58,181 bases of DNA from an uncultured Verrucomicrobiota bacterium (lineage in GTDB: Bacteria; Verrucomicrobiota; Kiritimatiellia; CAIKKV01; CAIJXV01): the NCBI GenBank assembly GCA_964497135.1, contig CAZCDO010000003.1, positions 1 through 58,181 on the forward strand, given 5' to 3'. The notes under the pieces are model-generated. The model saw only the letters and a list, made by a program, of their open reading frames with translations, was not told the DNA's origin and did no database searches. The position numbers and the translations under genes are program-made. Numbering within the stretch: position 1 is the stretch's first letter; each line of letters begins with the position of its first letter. Positions 28,665-37,227 of this stretch are shown in pieces.

Positions 28665-29827
28665 GTTTTTAGGGGGGCGGGGCGGGGGGCCGAATCACCG
28701 GGCGAATCGACCAGGGCCTGATCCGCGGCCTGGTAGCGTTCAAGCATGAACCCATCATCGCCGTGCCAGGTGAGCCAGACCCGGTCCCGCCAGGTGATGG
28801 GATTTTCATCCAGGAAAAAACGGCTGTGATGGCGGTTGACGGCGACGCGGTGGTCCCGGACGCGAACCCAGTATTTGGTCTGGGCGCCGAGATAGATCAC
28901 ATCCTCGACGGTCCCCTCGACGGCATTATAGTGGGGATGGGGTTCGGGTTTCTCACGGGCGATATGGAATTTTTCGGGGCGGATACTGAGGTAGACCAGG
29001 TCGCCGATTTCGAGGTGGTTATCGTTGTAGCAGTTGACTTCGGCGAAATCGGCGACTTGGAGGCGGACATAATCGTCATCGAGATGGGCGGTCACCTGGC
29101 CTTCGAGGAAATTGGTGTCGCCGATGAAAGCGGCGACGAAACTGCTCCGGGGCGCCTCGTAAATCTGGGCGGGTGAGCCGATCTGTTCGACGCGGCCGCG
29201 GTTCATCACGGCGATCCGATCGCTCAGGCTCATGGCTTCATTTTGATCGTGGGTGACATAGAGGAAGGTGATGCCGACCTCGTCGTGGATCACGTCCAAT
29301 TCCAAGAGCATGCGCTGGCGCAGTTTGAGGTCGAGCGCGGCGAGCGGTTCGTCGAGGAGGAGAACCCGGGGCTTGAGAATCAGGGCCCGGGCAATGGCGA
29401 CGCGCTGTTTTTGTCCACCGCTGATCTGGTCGGGTTTTTTATGGGCCTTGTCTTCCATCTGGATCAGGGCCAGCATTCGATCGACCTCGGTGCGGATTTC
29501 GGCGCGGGGCCGGCGGGCCACCTGGAGGCCGAAGGCGATATTTTCCCAGACGGTCATGTGGGGAAACAGCGCATAATTCTGAAAGACGGTATTCACCTGG
29601 CGCTGATGGGGGGGCAGGGCGGTGATATCTTCGCCATCGAGCAGAATGCGGCCGGCATCGGGCTGTTCGAAACCCGCCACCAACCGGAGGAGAGTTGTTT
29701 TTCCGCACCCACTGGGGCCCAGCAGGGAGAAGAATTCCCCTTTTTTCACGCCGAAAGAGACGTGATCGACCGCTTGGATGGGGCCAAACTGCTTGGATAC
29801 ACCAACGAACTCCAAAAATTCCGGCAT
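28661..29827 (-). CDS. potA: Spermidine/putrescine ABC ATPase
   Basis: GPSGCGKT, FQNYALFPH, SGGQKQR, LLLDEP, C-terminal TOBE-like region. Confidence 0.92.
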   Translation of the reverse strand: MPEFLEFVGVSKQFGPIQAVDHVSFGVKKGEFFSLLGPSGCGKTTLLRLVAGFEQPDAGRILLDGEDITALPPHQRQVNTVFQNYALFPHMTVWENIAFGLQVARRPRAEIRTEVDRMLALIQMEDKAHKKPDQISGGQKQRVAIARALILKPRVLLLDEPLAALDLKLRQRMLLELDVIHDEVGITFLYVTHDQNEAMSLSDRIAVMNRGRVEQIGSPAQIYEAPRSSFVAAFIGDTNFLEGQVTAHLDDDYVRLQVADFAEVNCYNDNHLEIGDLVYLSIRPEKFHIAREKPEPHPHYNAVEGTVEDVIYLGAQTKYWVRVRDHRVAVNRHHSRFFLDENPITWRDRVWLTWHGDDGFMLERYQAADQALVDSPGDSAPRPAPLKT

Positions 29828-29933
29828 GATCACTCCTGGTTAGGGCGAATGGACAACAGCATAAATTGAAGGGACGGGAGTGCAATCAAAAATTGCATTG
29901 AATTTTCGGAGCGGCCCCGGCAGGATTCACGAG

Positions 29934-30371
29934 ATGAAAGCCAATTTTCCATTGACCGGGACGGAGTTTGAAACGCGGACCCCGGAGGAGACCTGGGCGG
30001 TGGCCGCCCAAATCGCCGCCCGGTTGCCGATCCGGGTGGTTCTGGCGTTGCATGGAGAATTGGGGGCGGGAAAGACCTGTTTTGTGCAGGGTTTGGCGCG
30101 GGCGTTGGGAATTACGCGGCCGATCACCAGCCCGACCTTTACCCTGGTCCAGGAATATCGGGCATCGCGCCGGCTGGTGCATATCGATCTTTACCGGATC
30201 GGCTCGCCCGATGAACTGTTGCATCTGGGATTCGAAGACTACCTGCAAGAGGATGGGGTCGTGGCAATCGAGTGGGCTGAGCGGGCGGGGGATCTCCTGC
30301 CGCCGGATACTCATCATCTATATTTCCGGCTCAATGCCGGCGAGGGATGCCACACGATTCGCATCGGGTGA
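29934..30371 (+). CDS. tsaE: tRNA t6A biosynthesis ATPase
   Basis: GELGAGKT, SPTFTLV, HIDLYR, IEWAE. Confidence 0.95.
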   Translation: MKANFPLTGTEFETRTPEETWAVAAQIAARLPIRVVLALHGELGAGKTCFVQGLARALGITRPITSPTFTLVQEYRASRRLVHIDLYRIGSPDELLHLGFEDYLQEDGVVAIEWAERAGDLLPPDTHHLYFRLNAGEGCHTIRIG

Positions 30372-30448
30372 TGATACCGTTATGGAACTGGAGCCGGGGC
30401 GCCCTCACCCCGCAATGTCCTTGGAAAAGAGCGGGGTGAGGGCACCCC

Positions 30449-30875
30449 CATACGTGTTAAGCTAAGAACGGTTCATCCTGGATATCTGAACCTGGCGCCA
30501 CTGTGCAATATCTCTCGCTTCATATTCTCTCAAAAGCGGGGAAGCTCTCGCAGAGTTCCACAGGGTCCAGACGCGTGTTCGCAGAGTAAAGAACGGCCGG
30601 GCCATTTCGCACAAGGCTGTGAAATGTCCCGTCCGCCGCTTGTTTTTGAGGCAACCAACCTTCCTCCTCTTGGCTTCATGAGAACACGGGACGGGTGATT
30701 CCGCCGCCGCGGCGAAATCGCACGGCCCTGCTTCACTCTTGTCTTAACTCTATCTGAACCTGGCGCAACTCTGCGTGAGACATCCCTTGGTTTTCACTCA
30801 CTTCAAAATAGACCTAAATCCATATACCCCAAATTAGTTACAGAAAGAGCCGAAGTCCTTAGCTTAACACGTATG
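30449..30875. mobile_element. 427-bp non-autonomous IS4/IS231-like element (MITE/MIC)
   Basis: Perfect 18-bp TIRs catacgtgttaagctaag (30449-30466) and cttagcttaacacgtatg (30858-30875); 10-bp TSD agggcacccc at 30439-30448 and 30876-30885; no transposase ORF. Confidence 0.9.
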
Positions 30876-30956
30876 AGGGCACCCCGACTCCACAGCCTCC
30901 ACGGGTTGCGGAACTTTTTTTATTGCGCGACCAGAGAGACCCCTTCGCGTCGGCCA

Positions 30957-31556
30957 TCAATTTTTTAGCCCGATTTCGTCGAGCCTCTCGTACCGAGCGC
31001 CTTCGGGTTTCAAATGGCTTTGCATCAGGAGCAGGCGGGAGACGGGCAGAATGCCCCAGATATGGGCGCGGTCCTTTTCCAAACGCCGGATCCAGTCGGG
31101 ATCGCGGGGTCCGGGTTTGATTCGGCCCAGGGTGATATGGGGGTGCGGATCGCGCTTTTCCGGAGGCCAGCCCAAGGCGACGGCGGTTTGTTGGAGGGTT
31201 TCGATCAGACGGAGCAGGCAACCCGATGAGTCGCTGACACCGGCCCAGACAATTCGGGGAGAATGGGGCGGGCCGAAGGTGCCGAGTTCGGCGACGGTGC
31301 AGGCAAAGGCGGGGGGCGGAGGAAAGATTTGGCGGAGGCGGGTCATGAGTTCGGCCAGGCGCTCCGGGGGAGAATCTCCCAGAAAGAGCAGGGTGACATG
31401 CAGATTTTCGGGGGGCACCCAGGACATATGGGCCGATGTGAATCGCAGGCGATGCAGGGTGCGAACCAGGCCGGCACGGATTTCAGGATTCAGTTCAAGC
31501 GCCAGAAAAGTCCGCACCAGAGGGGGTTCGTTTACGGGCGTCTCGTGTGAGGGCAT
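30957..31556 (-). CDS. thpR: RNA 2',3'-cyclic phosphodiesterase (2H family)
   Basis: RTFLAL, HVTL and HITL 2H motifs. Confidence 0.88.
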   Translation of the reverse strand: MPSHETPVNEPPLVRTFLALELNPEIRAGLVRTLHRLRFTSAHMSWVPPENLHVTLLFLGDSPPERLAELMTRLRQIFPPPPAFACTVAELGTFGPPHSPRIVWAGVSDSSGCLLRLIETLQQTAVALGWPPEKRDPHPHITLGRIKPGPRDPDWIRRLEKDRAHIWGILPVSRLLLMQSHLKPEGARYERLDEIGLKN

Positions 31557-31604
31557 GGAAAGTTGTGTCAAGGTGTCTTCCTCGGGATCGCGAATCCTTG
31601 CGCA

Positions 31605-33269
31605 TTAATACTCCCTTTTCCGGAGAGAGCGCAGGCCCAGCCAGAGCGGCAGAATCGTGGTCAGAAGAGTCAGGCCGACGATGACGGGCCCGATGAACTC
31701 CAGCATCCGATATAGCGTGGCGGGTCCGATTTTACCCTGGTTTAAGAAGTGGAAAGGCAGGGCGCAGGGGAGGATGACGGCCGCCATGAAGATCAGGCTC
31801 AGGGCGAGATTGAGCGTGCCGCCGAAACTGGAGACGATGGCCATGGGGTTGGATTGTTTGAGGTTGAGGAAGATGGCTCCCAGCCCGGTGGACAGCCCGC
31901 AGGTGGCCAAGGCGATGGCGAGCGACAGAGAAATGGTGACCCCCTTGAGGAGCGGAGCGACCCCGAGCATGGTGGTGGAGAGAGCGATCAGCGCGACGCT
32001 GATGGAGGCCATGGCGGCGAGGGCGGTGAAAAATTTGGTCAGCATAACCCGGCCCAGGCTGGCGGGGGAGAGTCCGATGATCCAGAAAGCCTGTCCCTCG
32101 AGACTGAGCTGGGGATAGACAAAGCGGGACGAGAGGGAACAGAGGACGGCGGCCACGCTGAAGACGTTCAAAAAGACGATCAGGTTGCGCCAGATATCGG
32201 GCAGGGCGTGATAGCGGAAGGTGCGCAGACTGGCGAAATAGAAACCGAGGAGGCCGAAGAAGATCAGCGCCTGGGACCATTGCATGGGGTCGCGCAAGAA
32301 GGTGCGGATATCCTTGAGCGCGAGGCCCCGGCTGATGGTGCCGAAAGGGCTGAGCCAGCGATCGAGCACCATCCCGAGCCGTTCCCGCCGACGCCGGGGG
32401 GGTGCGATACCCCAAAGGCGTTGACAGGCCCGGGCGAACAGGAGCTGACCGAGGCATCGGACGATCCAGATGACGAGGAGCGTGTTGGAGACGAGAACGC
32501 CCCAGAGAAGAAGGCCCCGGGCGATCTGGCCGCGGGCCAGAGACACGATGCCTTCAGAGGTCCACCAGTTCGGCCCCAGGGGATGCGATGCCAGTTGGAG
32601 CCCCGGAATCAATCGGGAGAGCAGAAAATGGGAATCGTCGAGTCCGGTGCGGGCCGCCGGGCGCAAATAATAGGCGAGGAGTCCGGCCGCGATCAGGCCG
32701 AAAACCAGCAGCCATTCCCGGAGGTGGCGGGGAATCCAGCGGATGAACAGTAGAACGAAGATCGTGCCCAGTCCGGAACAGAGGATCAGGAAGGGGATTG
32801 AGAACAGGAGCGTCCAGCCGACGAAGAAGGGGGACAATTTTTCATGAACGGCGTAAGCGAGGGTATAAGGCAGGATGATGAAGAAAAAGGCCCAGGAACT
32901 CAACAGGCAGGACTCGGTGAATTTGTAAAGGACCAGGGTTGAATCGGGGATGGGACTGGTCAGTAACAGGACGCTATCCCGGGAGCGGAAGAGGGCGGAG
33001 TAGGACGTGATGATGCCCGAGAGGACCATCATGATTCCGAGGGCGAGAAAAATCAGGGAAAACAGGTAGCGGGTGACCATGAAACCGGCGCCGCCGAGCA
33101 GGTTCAGAAACCGGAAGCCGGAGAGGAAGGCAGCATAGAGCCCGAAGAACAGCCCGAGCGCGAAAGCGAGGATGAAGAGGACCTTAAAGCTCGATTCGCG
33201 GCGCAGAACCGTATTGAGGTTGGCAAAAATATGTGCGTCCTTTTTGTAAAGGACCCTCAGAGGATGCAT
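31605..33269 (-). CDS. Putative ABC exporter permease
   Basis: Many TM helices; LLTSPI, KDIRTFLRD, SLEGQAFW; coupled to an ABC ATPase. Confidence 0.8.
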   Translation of the reverse strand: MHPLRVLYKKDAHIFANLNTVLRRESSFKVLFILAFALGLFFGLYAAFLSGFRFLNLLGGAGFMVTRYLFSLIFLALGIMMVLSGIITSYSALFRSRDSVLLLTSPIPDSTLVLYKFTESCLLSSWAFFFIILPYTLAYAVHEKLSPFFVGWTLLFSIPFLILCSGLGTIFVLLFIRWIPRHLREWLLVFGLIAAGLLAYYLRPAARTGLDDSHFLLSRLIPGLQLASHPLGPNWWTSEGIVSLARGQIARGLLLWGVLVSNTLLVIWIVRCLGQLLFARACQRLWGIAPPRRRRERLGMVLDRWLSPFGTISRGLALKDIRTFLRDPMQWSQALIFFGLLGFYFASLRTFRYHALPDIWRNLIVFLNVFSVAAVLCSLSSRFVYPQLSLEGQAFWIIGLSPASLGRVMLTKFFTALAAMASISVALIALSTTMLGVAPLLKGVTISLSLAIALATCGLSTGLGAIFLNLKQSNPMAIVSSFGGTLNLALSLIFMAAVILPCALPFHFLNQGKIGPATLYRMLEFIGPVIVGLTLLTTILPLWLGLRSLRKREY

Positions 33270-34030
33270 GGGGGGGCGTCCTCCTTTCCAGCGCCGACCG
33301 GCAAGCCGTAATCGTCGGCCGTCAGGGTGAGAAAGACCGATTCTAGATCGCCGGAAATATCGTGGCGTTTTTTGAGGTCGTCAATGGGACCGAGGGCGAC
33401 GAGGCGGCCCCGCGACAGGATCCCGACGCGATCGGCGATTTCCTCGGCGACAGCGAGGATATGGGTCGTCAGGAAGACGGTGACCCCGGACCGGGCCTTG
33501 GCCTTGAGCAGATCCTTGATCATGCGGATGGTATAGGGATCGAGGCCGACGAGGGGTTCGTCGATACAGAGAATTTTGGGGTCGTGGAGGAAGGTGGCGA
33601 CATAGATCAGCCGTTGGCGCATCCCGTGGGAGAGGTCGCCGACCAAGGCGCGACGATGATCGGCCAGCCCGAAGCGGGTCAATTCCTCGTCGCAGGCCTG
33701 GTTGACCCGGCGTCGATCGACGCCGTAGAGGTCGCCGACGAATTCAAGAAATTCGGGCGGGGTCAGGCGTTCATAGAGAAAGGGCAGGTCGGGGATGTAG
33801 CCGAGGAGTTGGCGGGCGGGAAGGGGATCCCGCGCCAAATCGAATCCACAGAGCCGGACGGAACCAGCGTCGGGATGGACCAGGCCGGTGAGCATTTTGA
33901 TGGTGGTGGTTTTGCCGGCGCCATTGGGGCCGAGGAAGCAGAACAATTCGCCGCGCGGAACGACCAGGTTCAGATCGATGACGGCCTGGACCGTTCCATA
34001 GCTTTTGGAGAGATGTTCAATTTCAATCAC
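33257..34030 (-). CDS. ABC transporter ATP-binding protein
   Basis: GTG start VIEIEHLSK; GPNGAGKTT, LSHGMRQR, IDEP, TTH. Confidence 0.92.
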   Translation of the reverse strand: MIEIEHLSKSYGTVQAVIDLNLVVPRGELFCFLGPNGAGKTTTIKMLTGLVHPDAGSVRLCGFDLARDPLPARQLLGYIPDLPFLYERLTPPEFLEFVGDLYGVDRRRVNQACDEELTRFGLADHRRALVGDLSHGMRQRLIYVATFLHDPKILCIDEPLVGLDPYTIRMIKDLLKAKARSGVTVFLTTHILAVAEEIADRVGILSRGRLVALGPIDDLKKRHDISGDLESVFLTLTADDYGLPVGAGKEDAPPCIL

Positions 34031-35564
34031 GGGGGGCCTCCGGACGGTGGTGGTGGGTCGGTTCAACTTCGATTTGCAGGCGGCCGATATAGCCGAGCAG
34101 TTGCATCTGGTCGGCCAATTCGCCATCGAGCAGGGCGAGATGGGTGGCATCGACAGAGGTTTGACCGAAGGTGGGATCCATTTCATGCCAGCGATCGACG
34201 AAGACGGCGGGCCAGGCGTGATAATAAAAGGCGCCATTGAGATAGACCAGGCCGACCCGGACCCGCGCGGGCAGGCCTGCCGCCCGCGCGAGGGCGGTGA
34301 AGAGATACGTATGTTCGTTACAATCGCCCCGGCGTTGGGCGAGGACATCGACGGCGGAAGGCAGGCTGATGGTGGGGATTTTATCGACATTTTTGAAGAC
34401 CCAATTATTGAGGGCGACCGCCTTGTCCCAATCGGAGGTGAGGGCCCCGGTGATTTTGGCCGCTTGCCGCCGGATATTGGGGTGGTCGGACTGAATGAAG
34501 GGCGTGGCCGCCAGATCATTGGTTTGGAAGGCCGGGGCGGTTTGGGGTTCCGCGGCTTGCACGGGAACGGCGGAATCGGCAAAGAGTCGGATATGGATTT
34601 TGCCGGCCGACCGACTCCGGACGATTTGGCGGGGGGATTCGACAATCTGATCGAGTTTGGCGGGGCCGAGGAGGGTCAGGTTCAGGACCGTCTGGGATCG
34701 GGGATTATCGATGGGGGGCGTACAAGGAACGGCCATGGCGGCGAGTAAGTCATCGGCGGAGGCCGTTTCGTCGCGGGTGATGGCGTCTTCCGGGGCACAG
34801 GCCAGCAGGGTCCACCCGAGCGGGGTTTCCTGCTTGAGAATCCGGCCTTCGGCATCCATCCAACTGGTCATGGAAAGCCCCTGGACATTGGCTTCGAGAA
34901 CGATGGTCGGCGTATTCGTGCCGAGGATGGCAAGGGTTTCGTGGCGGAGCGCCCGGACGGGGATATCGCTGACCGCGAGGGTGGCGGGATTGAAGAGACG
35001 GACGCGGACCGTCTGCCCCGGTTGGAGACGTTGCAGCATCATATCCGTGAGGGGCGAATAGAGGACGGCATCGTCGGGGATTTCAATCCGCAGCGTTTGC
35101 TGGTTGCCGGCGGAACTGATGACGACCCGGAAGACCTGATTTTTTTCGCGACGGCCGAAGAGAGTGACGGAATAGCCGCGGGAGACGATGGCGAAATGGA
35201 AGGTTTGAAGGTGATAGAAGGCGTCCAAATTGGCACGGGAGGTGACGCGGACATTCTGGTCGGTATCGAGAATCTTGAGCGTCATGAGGGTTTCGTTTTC
35301 GATGAGGATCTGGCGGTCGGGAGTGGTTTCGTCGATATCCACCACGGTATGGCTGTAACCGATACGGGCTTGGTTAAAGCGGATGAGCATCCAGCGATCC
35401 ATCAGCAGGGTTCCGGTATTAGCCAGACCGCGGTAACCGGGAGAGCGGGTTCCGAAATATTCCGGGAAAGCCTCGGTGCGGATCAGCCAGGTCATCATGA
35501 CGGCCCAGAAGGCGAGGATGGCGATGGGAATCAGCCAGCTGAAAAGGGCGCGGGGTGGTTTCAC
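34023..35564 (-). CDS. Membrane-anchored transglutaminase-like protein
   Basis: N-terminal TM helix; GDCNEH, YHAW, DPT Cys-His-Asp triad motifs. Confidence 0.85.
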   Translation of the reverse strand: MKPPRALFSWLIPIAILAFWAVMMTWLIRTEAFPEYFGTRSPGYRGLANTGTLLMDRWMLIRFNQARIGYSHTVVDIDETTPDRQILIENETLMTLKILDTDQNVRVTSRANLDAFYHLQTFHFAIVSRGYSVTLFGRREKNQVFRVVISSAGNQQTLRIEIPDDAVLYSPLTDMMLQRLQPGQTVRVRLFNPATLAVSDIPVRALRHETLAILGTNTPTIVLEANVQGLSMTSWMDAEGRILKQETPLGWTLLACAPEDAITRDETASADDLLAAMAVPCTPPIDNPRSQTVLNLTLLGPAKLDQIVESPRQIVRSRSAGKIHIRLFADSAVPVQAAEPQTAPAFQTNDLAATPFIQSDHPNIRRQAAKITGALTSDWDKAVALNNWVFKNVDKIPTISLPSAVDVLAQRRGDCNEHTYLFTALARAAGLPARVRVGLVYLNGAFYYHAWPAVFVDRWHEMDPTFGQTSVDATHLALLDGELADQMQLLGYIGRLQIEVEPTHHHRPEAPRD

Positions 35565-35853
35565 CGGGACCTCCTTCTGGCAAAGGGACGATCCCCCTCA
35601 CCCGGCCCCGATGCGCCGCCGCGGCGATCGGGTCCGACCTCTCCCGCGCCGGGGAGAGGTAAACGACGGACCCCGTCGAAGTTATGATTGATCCGGTTAC
35701 CCGCGGACTTGAGCGCAACCCTGCTTTGCCCTCGTCCTGTGAGGGAGAGGTGAGGGGTTATCGGCAGGTCCAACCGTGGATTGACGAATATTGAACAGCA
35801 GACTTTCGAAGTCAATCGAGGGTTCCCTATTTTTAGGAGGCGGTGGTGGAATT

Positions 35854-36816
35854 TCACTCCTCCCTCCCCCCGGCGCGGGGGAGGGCCGGGGTGAGGGGGA
35901 GCCGACCGATTAACGCACTGCTTCCCTTAGGGAGAAGCGGTTTGCTCCGCTGGTTGGGGATAACCGGTTTTTTCCCCGGGTTCCGGAGTAGTGGCTGGCA
36001 TCGGGGACAATAATGGGTACTGCGCTGCCCGACGAGCATCCGTTGGATCGGGGTGGCGCAGATGGGGCAGGGGGCGTGGGTGCGACGGAAGACGTTTAAA
36101 ATCCCCTGGTTCCGGCCGCGTCGGCCATCGAGTGAGTTGTAATTGGTTTTGCCGTCGCCGAGCGACGTCCCGCGATTGCGGACGCCCTGGCGGAGGACGC
36201 TCCGGATCGCACTATGCAACGCGCGGATTTCCGTGGAGGATAAGGATTGGGAAAGGCGTTCCGGATGCAGGCGGGCGGTCCAGAGCGCTTCATCGACATA
36301 GATATTGCCCAGGCCGGCGACGCAGCGCTGGTCGAGCAACAGGGGTTTCAAGCGCCGTTTGAAGCGGGCGAGTTGTTCGCTGAAAACCGCCAGGGAAAAG
36401 GAGCGATGGAGGGGTTCGGGCCCCAAATGGGCCAGGTGGGCTTGGGCATCAGGGACGATGAGCCAGCGTCCGAATTTGCGGGTATCACGGTAACAGAGGC
36501 GGCGGCCGTCGTCGAGCGTCAGGACGAGGCGGTCATGGTGGGTGGGCGGGCTGGCGGGGGTTGCCCAGTGGAATTGGCCGGTCATACGAAGATGGACGAG
36601 CAGATCAGAACCGCCGGAGAGATGGAAAACGATGTATTTGGCCCGACGTTCAAGGGTCTTGACGGATTGACCTTGAAGCGCGGCGACAAAACGGGCGGGT
36701 GCGAGGGGCGCGACAGTGCGGTGCCAGAAGACTTCGATCTTGCTGAACGAGCGCCCTTCAATACCGGCCCGGCGCAAATCGCGCACGACCGTTTCAACTT
36801 CGGGCAATTCCGGCAT
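35854..36816 (-). CDS. mutM: Formamidopyrimidine-DNA glycosylase with partly repeat-derived C-terminal tail
   Basis: MPELPEVE, HLRMTG, GLGNIY, CPIC..CPRC zinc finger. Confidence 0.96.
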   Translation of the reverse strand: MPELPEVETVVRDLRRAGIEGRSFSKIEVFWHRTVAPLAPARFVAALQGQSVKTLERRAKYIVFHLSGGSDLLVHLRMTGQFHWATPASPPTHHDRLVLTLDDGRRLCYRDTRKFGRWLIVPDAQAHLAHLGPEPLHRSFSLAVFSEQLARFKRRLKPLLLDQRCVAGLGNIYVDEALWTARLHPERLSQSLSSTEIRALHSAIRSVLRQGVRNRGTSLGDGKTNYNSLDGRRGRNQGILNVFRRTHAPCPICATPIQRMLVGQRSTHYCPRCQPLLRNPGKKPVIPNQRSKPLLPKGSSALIGRLPLTPALPRAGGREE

Positions 36817-36940
36817 GAGGTTCTTCTCCGTTTCTAATACCAGATCGATAAAATATCAAAAAAAGAGCGGTCGGCCAATGGAATTGGAAATTTTGACTGG
36901 CTACGGTCGTGGTGAGGGCTCTTCCGATCCCCCCAAAATG

Positions 36941-37157
36941 GTAGCGCCGCAGGTCCCTCTGCGGCGCTGTTGCCGGGTCTCCTCCGCGGGAGGGGAACAA
37001 GCGGGAGAAGACCCACCCCGGCTAGCGCCACCCCTCCGCAGGAGGGGATCAAGAGGGCGTTGATCCCCTCCCTGGAGGGGTCCGCGAAGCGGGGGGTGGG
37101 TGATATCGAAGTCGGCCATTCCTGGCCGACCCGGTCGGGCAGGAATGCCCGACCTAC
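36941..37157. repeat. Cluster of mixed palindromic repeats: GTAG REPs and cccctcc..ggagggg hairpins
   Basis: gtagcgccgcag..ctgcggcgc; three cctccNNNggagggg hairpins at 36979-37101; gtcggccattcctggccgac and ggtcgggcaggaatgcccgacctac. Confidence 0.8.
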
Positions 37158-37227
37158 TCCGCTGAATTATATGGCGATTCGGATATTATTTTTTTATTAT
37201 TTATTTCCAACTCGTTGGAGAAAAATC

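Noticed and set aside
30530-30736. 68-aa ORF inside the MITE as a transposase remnant
   Set aside because: No recognisable DDE or IS4 motifs
34031-34645. Long N-terminal extension of the ABC ATPase ORF
   Set aside because: Overlaps the transglutaminase gene in another frame; the GTG at 34030 fits the family start
36970-37227. N-terminal extension of the GH ORF
   Set aside because: It is translated palindromic repeats; the ATG at 37228 is more plausible
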